From: Utricularia gibba
Lineage: Eukaryota; Plantae; Magnoliophyta
Direction of reading: 5' to 3'
Assembly (NCBI GenBank): GCA_002189035.1
Contig: CM007989.1
Span: 4,402,001-4,466,000, forward strand
Length of the DNA stretch: 64,000 nucleotides
Each line of letters begins with the position of its first letter. Within the stretch, counting starts at the first letter, position 1. Positions 40,567 through 53,649 of this stretch are shown piece by piece. The notes beneath the pieces were generated by a model, which saw nothing but the letters and a program-made list of their open reading frames with translations, had not been told where the DNA came from and searched no databases. Made by a program: the position numbers and the translations under genes.

Positions 40567-41101
40567 TGTTGCGGGTGAAAATCGGCTTACGAGATGAGGC
40601 CGACTTTTGGGTTATAAATGCAACCGCAAATATCGCGCCTTGTTATGCTTTTTTGCGATTTGTTCGATTTGATCAACAGAAATAAAGGCAGGCAAAGATT
40701 TTCACGTGGAAACCGTCGTAAGACGGAAAAAACCACATAGCTGTCGGAGCTCGCCGGAAAAAGTTCTTACTAGACAGAGGTGGTAAAGAAAGTTATAGGA
40801 TGGGAGGCTTAGGGTCCAGCCTCTTCTCCGTTATGGTTTTTTTTATTTATAGAAGAGGCGATCTGACTGAATCATGAGTTCTGCTGGTGTCGGCTACTTT
40901 TTTATACTTGTACTGTGATCTTACTTTTCAAACGATAGCTGCCTGTCCTTCCATGACTCGACAACTTTTTAGTCTGTGCCATACGGTCATTGCCGTCAGA
41001 TCTCTGACATATATCGGTCTGTCGACTGGCATTATCCCGTCAGAACTCCTTTTGGCAGCCTTTTGGTAACCGATTATCTTCAGTCGATTTATACCCCATC
41101 A
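40567..41101. mobile_element. Solo LTR (535 bp, Tat/Retand-like)
   Basis: Ends TGTTG...CATCA with perfect TSD TAAAT (40562-66 and 41102-06). Confidence 0.85.
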
Positions 41102-41239
41102 TAAATATTTTTTAATTTGTTTTAAATCTATAGTGATGATAAAATACAAATTTATTTCGAATTAGTTTAGATAATTACACAATAGGAAAATAATATATTA
41201 CTTTTATTACTTAAAAAACATTTTTATTCCAAATATTAT

Positions 41240-41815
41240 TATATGGTTAGAAATCGGCTTTAGGAAGGGAACCAATTTCGGAAGGTGAACATGGATCTGG
41301 TGTTAGTTTGTATTGATTTTGAGTCTATCGATTTACACGGAATATGGAAAAAGGGAGACAAGAGTTCTTATGTGTAGACTATGGAGTTGTCAGAGGTCGT
41401 CGAAAGAATGTGTTTCACTATTTGAGGAAAAAAAGGGTACAAGTTGAAATATAGAAAGTTCAATCCTTTCTTTTTTAAACTTTCTTATTTTTATAGGAAG
41501 AGTCAATCTGATCAAATTCTGTAGGTGTTGGTTACTTTCTGTGTCTGGTAGGCATACTGTGATCTTGCTGACAAATAACTGTCCATTGCTCTGACATTTT
41601 TGCAATTCACATTTCAGACTCTACAAAAAACGGCTGTTGTAGCTCAATGATGACATTTATCGGTTTGTCGACCTACAGTAGCTTGTCAAATCACGTTTGA
41701 GACCTTCCACAGCCGATTTCATCCATAAGACCAATATAGTTATCTCCTCAACTTGCTGATTCTTACATATCTTCCCTTATATCTAGGTCGCACTTGTAGA
41801 TTTTCTACTCCATCA
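41240..41815. mobile_element. Older solo LTR related to 40567-41101
   Basis: Shares GAAATCGGCTT, TTTATAG(G)AAGAG..ATCTGA and TACTGTGATCTT; ends CATCA; flanked by ATTAT/ATTAT; the 5' TG appears mutated to TA. Confidence 0.6.
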
Positions 41816-42562
41816 ATTATTTTGTTCTTTTTCTTTTTGTCAATAAATGTATTATCTATCTTAAATCTTTTTTATTTAGATTTTGAACTATGTGTATCTT
41901 AAAATTCCATAGACTATTGTCTAAAATCAATATCCTATAAAAACTTCTGATAATTTCAATAATATTTTATTATAAAATTTTATAACAAGGGCATGATCAT
42001 TAATATTTTTTACAATTACATTTCCTAAGAAACGCACCAAGTATTTTCATATATGTCTTTTTCATGTAAACTAAACCTCCCAATATTTAGTTCTGAGAAA
42101 TTAAAAGGTTCTACTAAAGTAGACTCTAAGATGTTTTTAATATGATATTTAATTGATACTGTATTTGAATTATTTGTATTATATAAACAAAGTTAATGCG
42201 GTTAAAATCAAAATTGTATTTGATAGACATTTTATTAATGTGCATTGAAAATCTTATTATGTTTTGCAGATGTTCTTAGAACTAATGAAAAAAATTTAAA
42301 ATCAATTAATTAAAAAATTCAAGTGAGAATAATTACAAACAATATAATTGTAAAAACCTACTAAATAGGACCTAATGCTAACATGAAATGTCAGAACACT
42401 ATACTTACTTTGTTTTTTAATTAGTGATAGCAGATCTTTGGATGTAGACAATTGATTGCATTTGAAATGTAAGAAGGTCTAAAGACTGGAAGGACTCAAT
42501 TTATTTTTAGGGTAAATGAAAATAAAACTTATTCACTTAATGAGCTATTTAATCACCATAAT

Positions 42563-42651
42563 TGGGCCATGTAAACATGTGATTGGATTACAGAATATAG
42601 CTATAATGGGCCAATAAAGCCGGCCCAGAGTACAACAGCCCAGCTATAAAT
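42563..42651 (+). promoter_or_regulatory. Cluster of four site II motifs with CCAAT-like and TATA-like boxes
   Basis: TGGGCC 42563 and 42607, GGCCCA 42622, AGCCCA 42637, TATAAAT 42645. Confidence 0.35.
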
Positions 42652-43396
42652 TATTCTATCTCAAAAGTAACATATATAAAAACAGAACTTTGTATTAAAT
42701 AATATATGCTAATCATTGATTCAGAGAAAAACAATATTTAGTATTATTAATATCAAGGTAATACTTTATTTGTTATTTGATTTTATGTTGAAACACAAAT
42801 CAATGTTTTAGATTGATTAGGTTACTCTCGGGATACGAAATAATAATACTATCCCTCTAATAATAAATTTTGAAGGTATAATAACAAGCTATTTTTAAGA
42901 ATTTCGAACTATGAAATATTTAATATATTTATATAATATTTTAAAATTTTAATTATTTTTAAAAAAATTATGTTAGTTAACATGGAGATTTTTATAATGT
43001 TATATATAAAAGTGATAATTAATTTTTTTCTTCAAATAATATTTTCCATACGAGATATTATATTTTGTAAATAATTTATTCTTATGTAAATGAATTTTAC
43101 TTGCATCTAATGTCCAAGAAGTTATAATATTTTACTAAATCAAGACTTTGAGTATAATAGAAAAGGAGCCCCAATTCAACAATGAACTGTGCCAGCTCTT
43201 TGCTGGTGGCTTCATCCTTTTTCAAAAAAGAAAAATCCTAATTACATATGGAATATAAGTAAGAATATATGACTCTATTACACCTCTGACCTCCCTTCTG
43301 TTTGGGGCAAAGGTCTAAGCGGGCGAGGACCTGCCACGTCGGCAACAGAGTCACATATGTGTTTGCTTTCTTTCCATTGGGTAGTTATTGCACCGA

Positions 43397-44317
43397 TCAG
43401 AACTGGCCGCCCTCGAAGGTCTGGCCGAACTGCCAGCCCGGTGGCGCCACGTTGAGGCTGGTGACAGTGCGGCCATCGCTTGCGGTCACTTGAAAGGACA
43501 GCGCCTGGCCGTTGAGGAACCCGTTGCTCTGCCAATTCTGGCCCCAGTTCCGGGCCAGCTGCTGCCATCCCGTCCTGGAACCCTTGACGGCCACCGCGTG
43601 GATGTCCCCTGCACCGCCCACATTCGTCACCAGGACCAAGTTGAAGTAGGAGTGGCCATTGATGGTGAACCTTATCCCCCCTTCTTCACGCAGGGCACCC
43701 TTTGAGCATCAGAATGATTTTAATTAGAAATATTATACGAAGATTAGAGAATTATGTGCATCATTACTGCATCCTTGTTTACCTTCGGAAGGAAACGGGG
43801 ACGATTCCAGCGCGGTACTGAGCGATTTGCAAGTAAGCAGGTTCAGCAAGATCGAAGTGTTGGCGAGGGGGGTTGCACCAACCGCCGTTGTCGTTGGGGA
43901 GGGCGGGGTTGGGCGGGCAGAAGTTTGTGGCGGTGACGGTGATTGTTCCGGGGTTGCACCACCGTTTCTCGCCGGCGCAGGTCAGCTCGTAGCAAGCGCC
44001 GCAAGTGAGGCCATTGTTAAACAGAGCAGTGCTCAAGGCAGCCGTGCTGGTGCCGTAGCCCTGGCTATACAGATTCCCATACCCACACGCGCCCCCTGTT
44101 CACAACCATTCAAAACCCTAATCAGATTTTAAATTCTATGGTAAGTGGAATGAAAAACGGAGAAACATGTACCCATTGTGCCGGAGGCGTCGCCACCACC
44201 GTAGAAAGTCGCATGTGCCGAATCCCAACCGCCGTATTCACAAAACACAGGAGAAAAAGAGACACCCCAGATAATCAAAACGGCCAAGGAAGCAAGAGAA
44301 GAAGAAGAGGAAGCCAT
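43397..44317 (-). CDS. EXPA: Alpha-expansin (EXPA2/EXPA8-like), 3 exons, intact
   Basis: Signal peptide; [22 protein letters not shown]; CGACYELTC; TATNFCPPN; HFDLAEP; [26 protein letters not shown]; [10 protein letters not shown]; [12 protein letters not shown]. Confidence 0.97.
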
Positions 44318-44368
44318 TGGAGAAGAGAGGAGGAGGAGGATGAGGAGACTGAGGAGGAAGATGCCTTC

Positions 44369-44375
44369 ATTTATA
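44369..44375 (-). promoter_or_regulatory. Probable TATA box of the expansin
   Basis: TATAAAT about 50 nt upstream of the ATG, followed by a pyrimidine-rich leader. Confidence 0.6.
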
Positions 44376-47300
44376 CACAAGAACATGCATTCAAGTTTTG
44401 AAGGAAATCAACGAGCAGAAACAAGTGTCACATGCAAATGTTGGAGCTTGAACTATCACCTACCGATATGTTTGACCCTACATGCACATGCAATTATCTG
44501 ATGTTTCTTTATTCTTTTTCTATTGGAGAAAAAAAAAACAAAACAAAATAGAATACCAGTGAAGACAACCAACGTGAACCCAAAAAAAAAAAAAAAAAAA
44601 AAAAAGCCACCGAAAGCATGATTTCTCAAGGGGCAAGAAAAATCCCTCTGACGTTACAAGATTTGCCGGCTGGAGTTACACTATAAAAGCTGTCCGCTAG
44701 CCGCCTGCTTTTGAAATAATATTACCAAAATAGAAAGTAAAGCATTCTTGTAGCGGTTGAAATTGATAGCTTTTGGCGGACGTTATTGTTACATAATAAG
44801 CAGGAATCTTACTTTGTCACCTGTACCTGTATCCTTTTTTTCACTGCAAAAAATATAACATTTCAAAAAACTAGTTAATTCGTTTGGCATTTATAGTAAT
44901 GGAATGCAATTTTCGGCAGTGCGTGGGTGGGTTTGCTAGAGCTGTTATACAATATATTTGTGATTTCAAAACTCTGGTAGTGTTATTCCACATTGATTAT
45001 AGATGAAAGTATGATATACTTAAATAATAAGATACTCCTAATCTTGTACAATACTTTTTTTCATGAAAATAGAAAACGTAAAATTATGAGAATTAACTAT
45101 TTGAAACAAACAATATCGTATAAGTGGAGTGTAAGTGTTAACATGTTCATACATTAATCAAACACAATTACATTTTTAAATTGTAACGCATATTTGTGAA
45201 ATCTCATTATTAAATAAATACATGTTCAATTTTAAGCATCTAACGCATATTCATTGAAACACAAATAATTCAACTGAATAAATTATTAAATTATCAAAAA
45301 TGCCCTAGATGCTCATGTAATAAAACTTTCGTAATTTTAAAAAATAAATTATTTAAAATTGGTGTTGTTGAAAAAAAAAAAACGCAGGGCTTTTTTTTTT
45401 TTTTTTTTTTTGTAACCGAATGAATGCCTTTTGTGATAAGACAGGTTATCTATCGATCCTCCTTGAGCCACCCTCTCCAAATGGTGGACGTGATAATTGC
45501 CCAACCACCATGGTTGTGTTCGATAGGTGGATAACAATTTTGAGGATTTAAATTAATTAGATTTACGTGATGTTGATGTGCGCTCCACATTCACTTATTT
45601 CACATAAATTCAAGTATTAAATATGGGATTTTTAATAAAGATTAAAAATACGTGAAATATGTTCGTTATTTGCGAGTTGAATTCCGTTATTTTCCTTAGT
45701 TTCTTTTATTTGTTGTTCGCACTAATTAGTTTTTTATTTTTTCTGCTTACGTCATAGTTGATTATAATGAGCCATCTTCACGGGACAATAGTATTTATAA
45801 TAAATGTGTTTTCAATAAATAAATATTTATTTCAAATATGAATATTTAAATTTCATATGTCCCTGATCTGTGCATCCACTTGTGCCTCATAGGGAAAAGA
45901 ATGGTGTAGCAAATTTGAGCAAGTTTAAAAGAAAAAAAAAAGATTCTAACTTTTTTTGATCGGATTTCTCCAATACTGGGGGAGTAGACTCCATTGCATA
46001 AATTAATTTATTTTTTCCCACAATCTCAATATTAGTGAAACTTAGAAACCCAAATGGTATTATATAAACATAATCATTTAGGGGTATGTTTGGTTTTGAA
46101 TGAAAAATAAGATAAAATTTGATTTAACTGATATTTATAAATAGGATGGAATATGATTTTTAAATAATATATTTTTATTGAAAATTATTTAAGCGAGATG
46201 GAACTAAAATATTTTATTGAAATGTGAAAGAAATTTTTATTTCCCAAAAGGGTATGTAATCACTAATCCCATTTTAATGATAATGTAAATTCCTAAGAAA
46301 GGTTATCAATAATATTTTTAATTTACAGTTTTTTTGTATCTCTATGATTATAATGCAGTGGTCAAAACCATATAATATACACAGTATGCCATAACAAAAA
46401 TGTAATTAGTTTGATGAATTAAGATTAAATGGGATTAAGGATGGAGATGATCCGTGATCATTATCAATGCCGGGCAGTTGGTTATGGCATGGCATGGCAT
46501 GCCCCACCATGTTATGGTCACATGGGAGTCTGCCTCGGGGAATTCATGTGGGCCCATCTGTCACCCCCCTCCTTTTTTTTGTCTGGTTGCTCTTATTCTA
46601 CCTTGAGCAAAAAGTTGTTTTTTGAATATGCATTCAAGAATTCCACCGACACCGTGACAGCACGCGCGGTGAATTAAAGGCTAAATTTATACCGTACAGC
46701 AGTACCCTTTGCGTTATGGAAACCCGAAAATTATTCGAGATTTAGACATCAGAAGTAAATATAATATACTCAGAAAAAAATATAACTTATTTTATGAGTA
46801 ATTTAATTCAAAAAATAAACATTTGAAATTATTTAATAAACGGTTTCAATGAAAATTGAAGAATGAGAAATAAAAATATAAGTATATGTTTAAAACAGAA
46901 AAAAAGATGATTTAAAAGTAATTTGTGAATTATTTATACTTCAAAAATAATTAAAATATTTTTAAAAAAATTATTTTGTAATAAATTGAAATAAATAAAG
47001 CCTTGAATATTTGGAAGTGGAGGGAGTATCTGAAAAGATGTTAGACAGAATAGAAATTTAGGTGGAGGTGGTGGAGGAGGTGGAGGGGCGTTACCGACTG
47101 GATGAGGAGTGGTCCATGAAGCAGGAGCAGGAGTTGATGTATTTTATTGCATGGAGGCCCTGGAAACTGCGATCCTAACAGCAACCTCACATGCGGAAGC
47201 CACGACGGTGGCATGTGCAATTTATGGCGCCCCCAACAGCGCATCTGCCTCTTGGGATTCAGCATCCCCGGACTCCTCCTCTTCATGTGTTCCCCTCCCA

Positions 47301-47944
47301 GACAGTGCACTTACAAATGCGCCCCCGCCCCCTCCATTCATCATTCATGGGGCCCCCCCAAGGAAAGGGACCGACCGACCTCCAATTGAATCAATTACAA
47401 AAATGATCATGTGTTATCAAAAAACATAGTCATCTTATGAGAGTTTTTTGTATTAGTAAGTGACGATGATCACTTTTCCGAATGACTTCCTTGAATTTCG
47501 ATGTTCTCAACTCATCACCTAAACCCATGCCAAATGCTTGCAACACATACTTTTTGCAGTCAGGTGGAAAGGGCAGAGATGAATTGCATTGAAAATTAGG
47601 ATTCGGGAAATATTTTCATCGTTTAATGTAATGGTTGTTTGAAAGTGTTGTGTTTTTATTGGGTTAGGAGAGTTTAGCAGCATCGTCTAGCTAGCTGCCC
47701 AAAGTGGCCCATGAAATGTAGTCATGAAAATATAAGAAGATGACATGTAGTCATGAAATGAAGCACACTTGCCTTACATTCGATGTTTCTAGATTGTGGG
47801 CTACACGATTTCTTGCACAGTACGAGCTCGGCTTTGGTTGGCAACGAAACACTTAGCTCATCTTAGGTAGCACATAAAAAATTATTTTATAATAATTCAT
47901 GAGAATTGATATTTAATTAAAAAATAATAATTAATCTCGAATTG

Positions 47945-49579
47945 TGATGCAGTACAGTTTTGGTGGAAGCTAACTCTGGTGTGTGAGAGATATTGTACCT
48001 TGATGCTTAAGCCCTCGCTGTGTCATCAAGGGACTATGAGCTACGTGCGGAATTGGGGAGTGCACCCCCAATGGCAACGCGGCGAGGCCGCGGATGGTGA
48101 TGCCACATGAGCAATAAGTGGGGCCATTAAACTAGGGTCATGACAGCAACGCTGAGCATTCTTGCTCAGTGAGAGAGATGCCAAACGTGTGGGATTCTAT
48201 GTGGATAGGTGCAAGGACCAATCACGAGGGAGGCAAGCTCGCACAAGGGGCGAGCGGGGTCACGGGTGAGACTGTGGCGCCAACAATGAGTGCGAGAGAC
48301 TCATCGGATTAGAGCCAACCGTGCGTATTGTGTGGAAGGACATGAAGGTGTGGTGAGAGGGCTTACGGACTGATACGAGAAGATACGGAGATGCCGAGCA
48401 TGGGCAGCAAGTGATTACGAGATGTTACAGAGATACTCTATGTGGGCAGTGTGTTAGGGTGACAGCGAGACAATAGTGTGCAAGGCCAATAGACTACACG
48501 GATGCCTCAGGTACGGGACTAGGGTGTGTACTGATGCAGGAAGGGAAGGAAGGGAAGGTGATAGCCTATGCATCCCGCCACCTCAAGACACACGAGAGGA
48601 ACTACCCAATACACGACCTAGAGCTGGTAGTAGTGGTATTTGTGCGGAAATTATGGAGGCACTACCTGTATGGAAGCTAGTGCAAATTATTCACAGACTA
48701 CCAGAGATTGAAGTACATCTTTACTGAAAAGGAGTTGAATCTGAGATAGGTTGGAATTAATTAAGGACTATGAAGTGGAGGTCCTGCATCACCCAAGTAA
48801 GGCGAATGTTGTGGCGGACAGTCTGAGTAGGGTTCACGCAAGGAAGGACGACGAGGCGCTGGAAGAGAAGCTCAAAGAATTGGAAGGGAGGATTGCCACC
48901 CTTCGGATCGACTCTAGCCTCCTACCAAGGATCAGCGAGGCACAAAAAGGCAGATAAGTCTTGGGATGAACTTGTGGCAAAGGCATCTCAAGGTGAAGAC
49001 GAGTACGAGGTATGTGGGGATGGTCTCATAACTTACCATGGCCGCATTTGGGTGCCTGCAGTAAAAGAATTGCGACAGGAAGTTCTTAGGGAGGCACACG
49101 CCTCTCAACTTAGTATCCATCCAGGGAGTATGAAGATGTACCTTGATCTTCGCCAAGGCTATTGGTGGGAAGGCATGAAGAAGGAGATCGCTCAGTGGGT
49201 ACTGAAGTGTGCGGTATGTTAATATGTGAAGGCCGACCATCAGCGGTCTATTGGAATGCTACAGCCGTTGGACATTCTAGAGTGGATGTGGGAGCACATA
49301 ACAATGGACTTCATGACTACTAAAGACAAGGGGCGGACTAGATGCAATATGGGTGATGGTGTACCGACTCATCAAATGTGCACATTTGCTCCCTATTCAG
49401 ACAAGTTGGGACATTGGTAAGCTGGCTAGGGTATACTTGCGTGAAGTGGTTAGGTTGCATGGCGTACCAGCAACTATCGTGTCAGATTGGGATATCAGGT
49501 TCACAGCACGTTTTTGGAAGGCATTGCAAGAGACCTTGGGGACCAAGCTGCTCATGAGTTCCGCCATGCACCCCCAGAC
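47945..49579 (+). mobile_element. Defective Tekay/Del Gypsy fragment (RNase H to integrase core); left part is LTR/leader-like with an unclear start
   Basis: [57 protein letters not shown] and VRLHGVPATIVSD; cut at AMHPQT. Confidence 0.88.
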
Positions 49580-49800
49580 TAGAGGTGGGTTCGGACGTAT
49601 GGTTTCCGTTCGGAACCGAATGGTTCTAGCAAACCATCGGTTCCAAAACCACGGTTCGCCATGGGTAACGGTTCCGGTTTTTGTTCGGAACCATATCCAG
49701 AAAGCTTGAACCGAATCGAAACCAGAACCATACGGACGGTTTCGATTCAAAATCGGAACCGAGATTTGCAAACCAAATTGCAACCGAAACCGCAGTTACT
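49580..49800. mobile_element. hAT-like transposon end (TIR-like TAGAGGTGGG plus a dense subterminal GGTTC/GAACC(G) motif array)
   Basis: More than ten AACC(G)/(C)GGTT motifs in both orientations, as in Ac/Tam3-type subterminal regions. No partner end found in the window. Confidence 0.6.
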
Positions 49801-50044
49801 GTTTGTAGGTGCTTTACAAGCACCCACATAAATCATTATGGGTGTCTAGAATTGAAATTTTCAGTAAATATTAAATATTTAAAGAATTGATTTTTATTTT
49901 AAATAAAATTAGTATATATGTCCGAAAAAATATTTTTTCAACTAAATTTCTAAATAATTGATTTTTATTTTAAATCTTTAATATTTCTAAATTTTTTTAA
50001 TTATTAAATAGTTTATACATATAAAGAATTTAATATTACAGTTT

Positions 50045-50765
50045 CATAGGAAAATGATACATAACAATTTTATATTAATATCGTTTGTAAAATAAGTAAT
50101 TTGGTGGGAGTTTAATATAATAATATGAAATAAATAAATTTTACAAGAAAAAAAATATTGTAAATATCTATTTTCTAATTTTCATAATTGTTTTTTATTT
50201 TCCATTTTATAATATTTTTAAAAAACATGATTTAATTATTAAAAAATTCAAAGCAATACTTATGCAATAAATAATTTGGTAGAAGTTCAATATAATAATA
50301 CAAAATAAGTTAATTTCACTAAAAAATAATACATATTGTTATTATTCATTTTCTAATTTGTATGATTGTTTTTTATATTCAATTTTATAATATTTTTAAA
50401 AAGCATGATTTAGTTATTAAAAATTGGAAGCGATATTTATGCATTAGAGGATTTCGTAGTACGTATAAAAAAAATGATACAAAAGAATTTTATAATAACG
50501 GCACCTATCAAATAAGTAATTTGGTAGGACTCCAACATAATAATACGAAATAATTTAATTTTACTGAAAAAAACAAATATTGTTGTTATCCCTTTTGTAA
50601 TTTATATGGTTGCTTTTATGTTTAATTTTATAATTTTTGTTTAAAGTGTCAATTAGTTATTAGAAAATTAAGTGACATCTGCAAAATAATTAGATTGTCA
50701 CGATTTAAATATAATACTACAAAATAAGTCAAATTTTTTGAAAAAAAAAACAATATTGCTGCTTA
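50045..50765. repeat. Degenerate higher-order tandem repeat (about 175-bp units inside an about 420-bp period)
   Basis: Units start AATAA(G/A)TAATTTGGT at 50091, 50266 and 50511, with a decayed one near 50683. An AAAATGATAC spacer precedes units 1 and 3. Confidence 0.75.
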
Positions 50766-50814
50766 CTCTTTTCATTTTCTTCCATTTCTTTTGAGTATGC
50801 TCCTACCTTTTCCT

Positions 50815-51530
50815 TTATCTTTGTTTGTTCCCGCACTTGTAGAAGTTGTCTCTTTTTTGAGCCATTTCTATAACATCATTTTCATTCAATTGAGGTTGCA
50901 ATCTGTGAAGTTGTAATTCTTCCTCTAACACTTGTATTTTTTCCTTCAGGTTCATTATTTCCAATTGAAAGTTTGATAGGTTTTTATTGTTCAACAATCA
51001 ATTCATCGCCTTTGTTCAATTCAACCTTGTATATAGATTGTTGTGCTACCAAATTATCCATTATGTTTTTTTTCTTCTGAATTTGAAACTTGAGATTTTT
51101 TATCTAAAAAAGAAAAAAAAACTAAATTAGAAAATATAAACAAACAAGTATCACATGTATTAGTAAAATAAGTTTCATTTTTATTACCTCAATTTCTATT
51201 TGTTGAATGTGTTTACATTGGTTTAAAATAAGTTCTTTATCATGTTGTTGTGCAACCGAAAGCTCCTCATGAATACACACTTCAGCCTCCTCATGAATAG
51301 ACACTTCATTCTCCTCATCTCCAGTTTTTTGTTCAAAATCATCCTATACAAAAAAGTTTTTATATTGCAGACTTTATTTATTTCAAAAAAATAAAAGAGT
51401 TAAATAATATTTCAATTTTATTTACCTGTTGTTTATTTCATGAACAACAACCTGATGACGATTTCGCCTTGATGTTAGTGTAGACCGCCACTCAACGACA
51501 CCATGAATGTTTTGAAGTGCTGTCATAGTG
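50815..51530 (-). pseudogene. Exon remnants encoding acidic/coiled-coil peptides, unidentified
   Basis: DDFEQKTGDEENEVSIHEEAEVCIHEE and LEIMNLKEKIQVLEEELQ, with splice-like boundaries; same strand as the FCP1 remnant. Confidence 0.35.
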
Positions 51531-52029
51531 TTAAATAAATAAGTAAAATAAGATATTGAAAAAATAATGTAAATTAAAAAGACTTTAAATTTGAGCAGAT
51601 TTTGGGATAATGTATTCAGTCATATATCTTTTTTATGTTTTAGTATAAAATTATTTAAAATAATTATACATGAAAAAATATTTTTTATATTATGGATGCC
51701 AATTTTAATTGTAAATCATTTAATAAACAATTCACATTTGTAAGCACATTTAATAGTGTTTTCATAAATTATTTTGGCGGCCCTTACAAGAAACATTTTT
51801 ATGTATGTGCCCTCCTTATAAATTAATTTAAAAAATAAAAATAAGTGTATTACAACATAAATAAGTTGTTTTGTAGCTATTGTAAGTAATGTATTTATTT
51901 ATTTTAAAATAAATTCGTTGGGACAATCAAAATGTGACATTTCGTAAGTATTGTCAGTAATTTCTCTCTTTAATTGAAAATAAATGGGATGGCTCTTTAG
52001 AAATTAGAGGGTCTCTCTAACAATCTTGT

Positions 52030-53095
52030 AGACATGCATAATACTCACATAAGTCATGTCCTTCACGTATGAGAGGCTGTCCTATTCGGTTCTCATTAAC
52101 ATAACTTGAACATCATGAGCATACCGTAACCCTTCAAGGAAAGTCCGCATCTCACCATCAACATTTAGTGATGTATCATCCCTATTAGTATGTGAATAGG
52201 GACTTGGAAAAACAACATTATTTTCCTAAAAAATAAAGTGTTAGTTTTGATGTATAACCAAGTGTATGCTAGAGTACAATAGTAAAAATGACTTACCGGA
52301 TTTTTCATTGACTTGTGAGGCGAATCATCAATCAATAAGGCATTGCGACGATCATATCTTGCGTTCAATCCATTGTTGACAGCCCATACACAACTCAACT
52401 CCTTCATGTAGACCGTGTTGCTAGGATTGTTGTGAACACGTACGCCGATGTCCGTAGTCATGGTTTGGTCTCATACGAAAATGAGTTTATCGAATAACGA
52501 AGGTGGAAAGACCCATTTAGTAATCGCTTGTAGTTGCTCCCTACAAAATAAATCACTTGCAAGTATTTGCACAATTCTAAATACCAACAAAAAAAAAAAA
52601 AGATGCAGCACACTTACCCCCTACGGGATGATCATAAGGCTACATTAAAATTATCCAAACACTACCTAATAAAATCATAGGCATTTAGACGTAGAAATAC
52701 TACATAAATTGCACCAAAAATTACCTATGATATCTCACAAATCGTGAATGCATATAACACACAAAAATAAGTATTGTGATAACTTACCTGATTGGCCATA
52801 TATGATTTTATCTAGAGGGATTCATGACCTTGACGCTCCAGCCTTGTAAATGATGTCTGCGAGCACACCATTTACATCCAAGATAATCAGCTTTCGTTGA
52901 GGCTCAGAACTACTCGAAGAAGGTCTGGTATATGCCCAACGACTCTCATACCAATCTAACTTGTAGCGAAGCTCTTCATTCTACTTTGTTATAAATTCAA
53001 GTCTCTCATCCACATCATTGAGACTATAGTGAGCTCGTCCTTTTCAACATCATTCGCATCTTGTATCCTCTCATTCTTACACAAGTCTTCATTCT
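52030..53095 (-). pseudogene. FCP1/NIF-homology (HAD-type CTD phosphatase-like) pseudogene, 4 exons
   Basis: Spliced: RKLIILDVNGVLADII / VFLRLNAYDFIR*CLDNFNVAL*SSR / KLIFV*DQTMTTDIG...YMKELSCVW...NALLIDDSPHKSMKNP / NNVVFPSPY...GEMRTFLEGL. At least 4 stops. Confidence 0.8.
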
Positions 53096-53649
53096 TTTAG
53101 GATACTCTAGGATTTTTCAACACACCACACTGTTTTGTCCCCGGTGTATCCACAAATGGTGGTAAAATATCAAAAAAACTCCTTTGCATACTTGAGAAGA
53201 GAAGTATAAGATTTTGTACATCTCTCTTGTACAAGATATCAAATACTGCAATAAAAGTAAATTTATTAACAATAGATTCAACAAAAATATTCAAAAAAAA
53301 TATTCAAAATGATTAATTTTGATAAGTATAAACTCGACACCAATAAGTTCAATCCACATATTCGAAAAGGGTATTGAATAAAAATATTCAATAAAAAAAC
53401 ATTCAATCATAATACATTCAATAAAAACATTCAATACAAATATTCAATAAAAATATGGAATATTTTTATTCATATTTCTTCTAGCAATACAATGAAAGAT
53501 TTACCTTTCGCCTTATCTACTTCCCTAAAATTACAATGCATTTGAGGAAATTTGATTTCCATTGGAGTACATATTCAAAAAAAACTTGTCAACAATTCTT
53601 CAAATCCTCTTCTCACATCTTTCACTAGTATCAACCCTTTTTTCCCCTT

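Noticed and set aside
43278-44401. Long antisense and alternate-frame ORFs over the expansin (similar ones over PLAC8, the RLK and retroelements)
   Set aside because: Shadow ORFs of GC-rich coding sequence with no recognisable motifs.
45369-45411. A-run / T-run fold-back
   Set aside because: Two simple homopolymers; trivial complementarity.
47190-47240. AHATVVASACEV resembles the AHL PPC motif AHVLEVASGCDV
   Set aside because: No AT-hook before it and no PPC continuation after it; likely chance.
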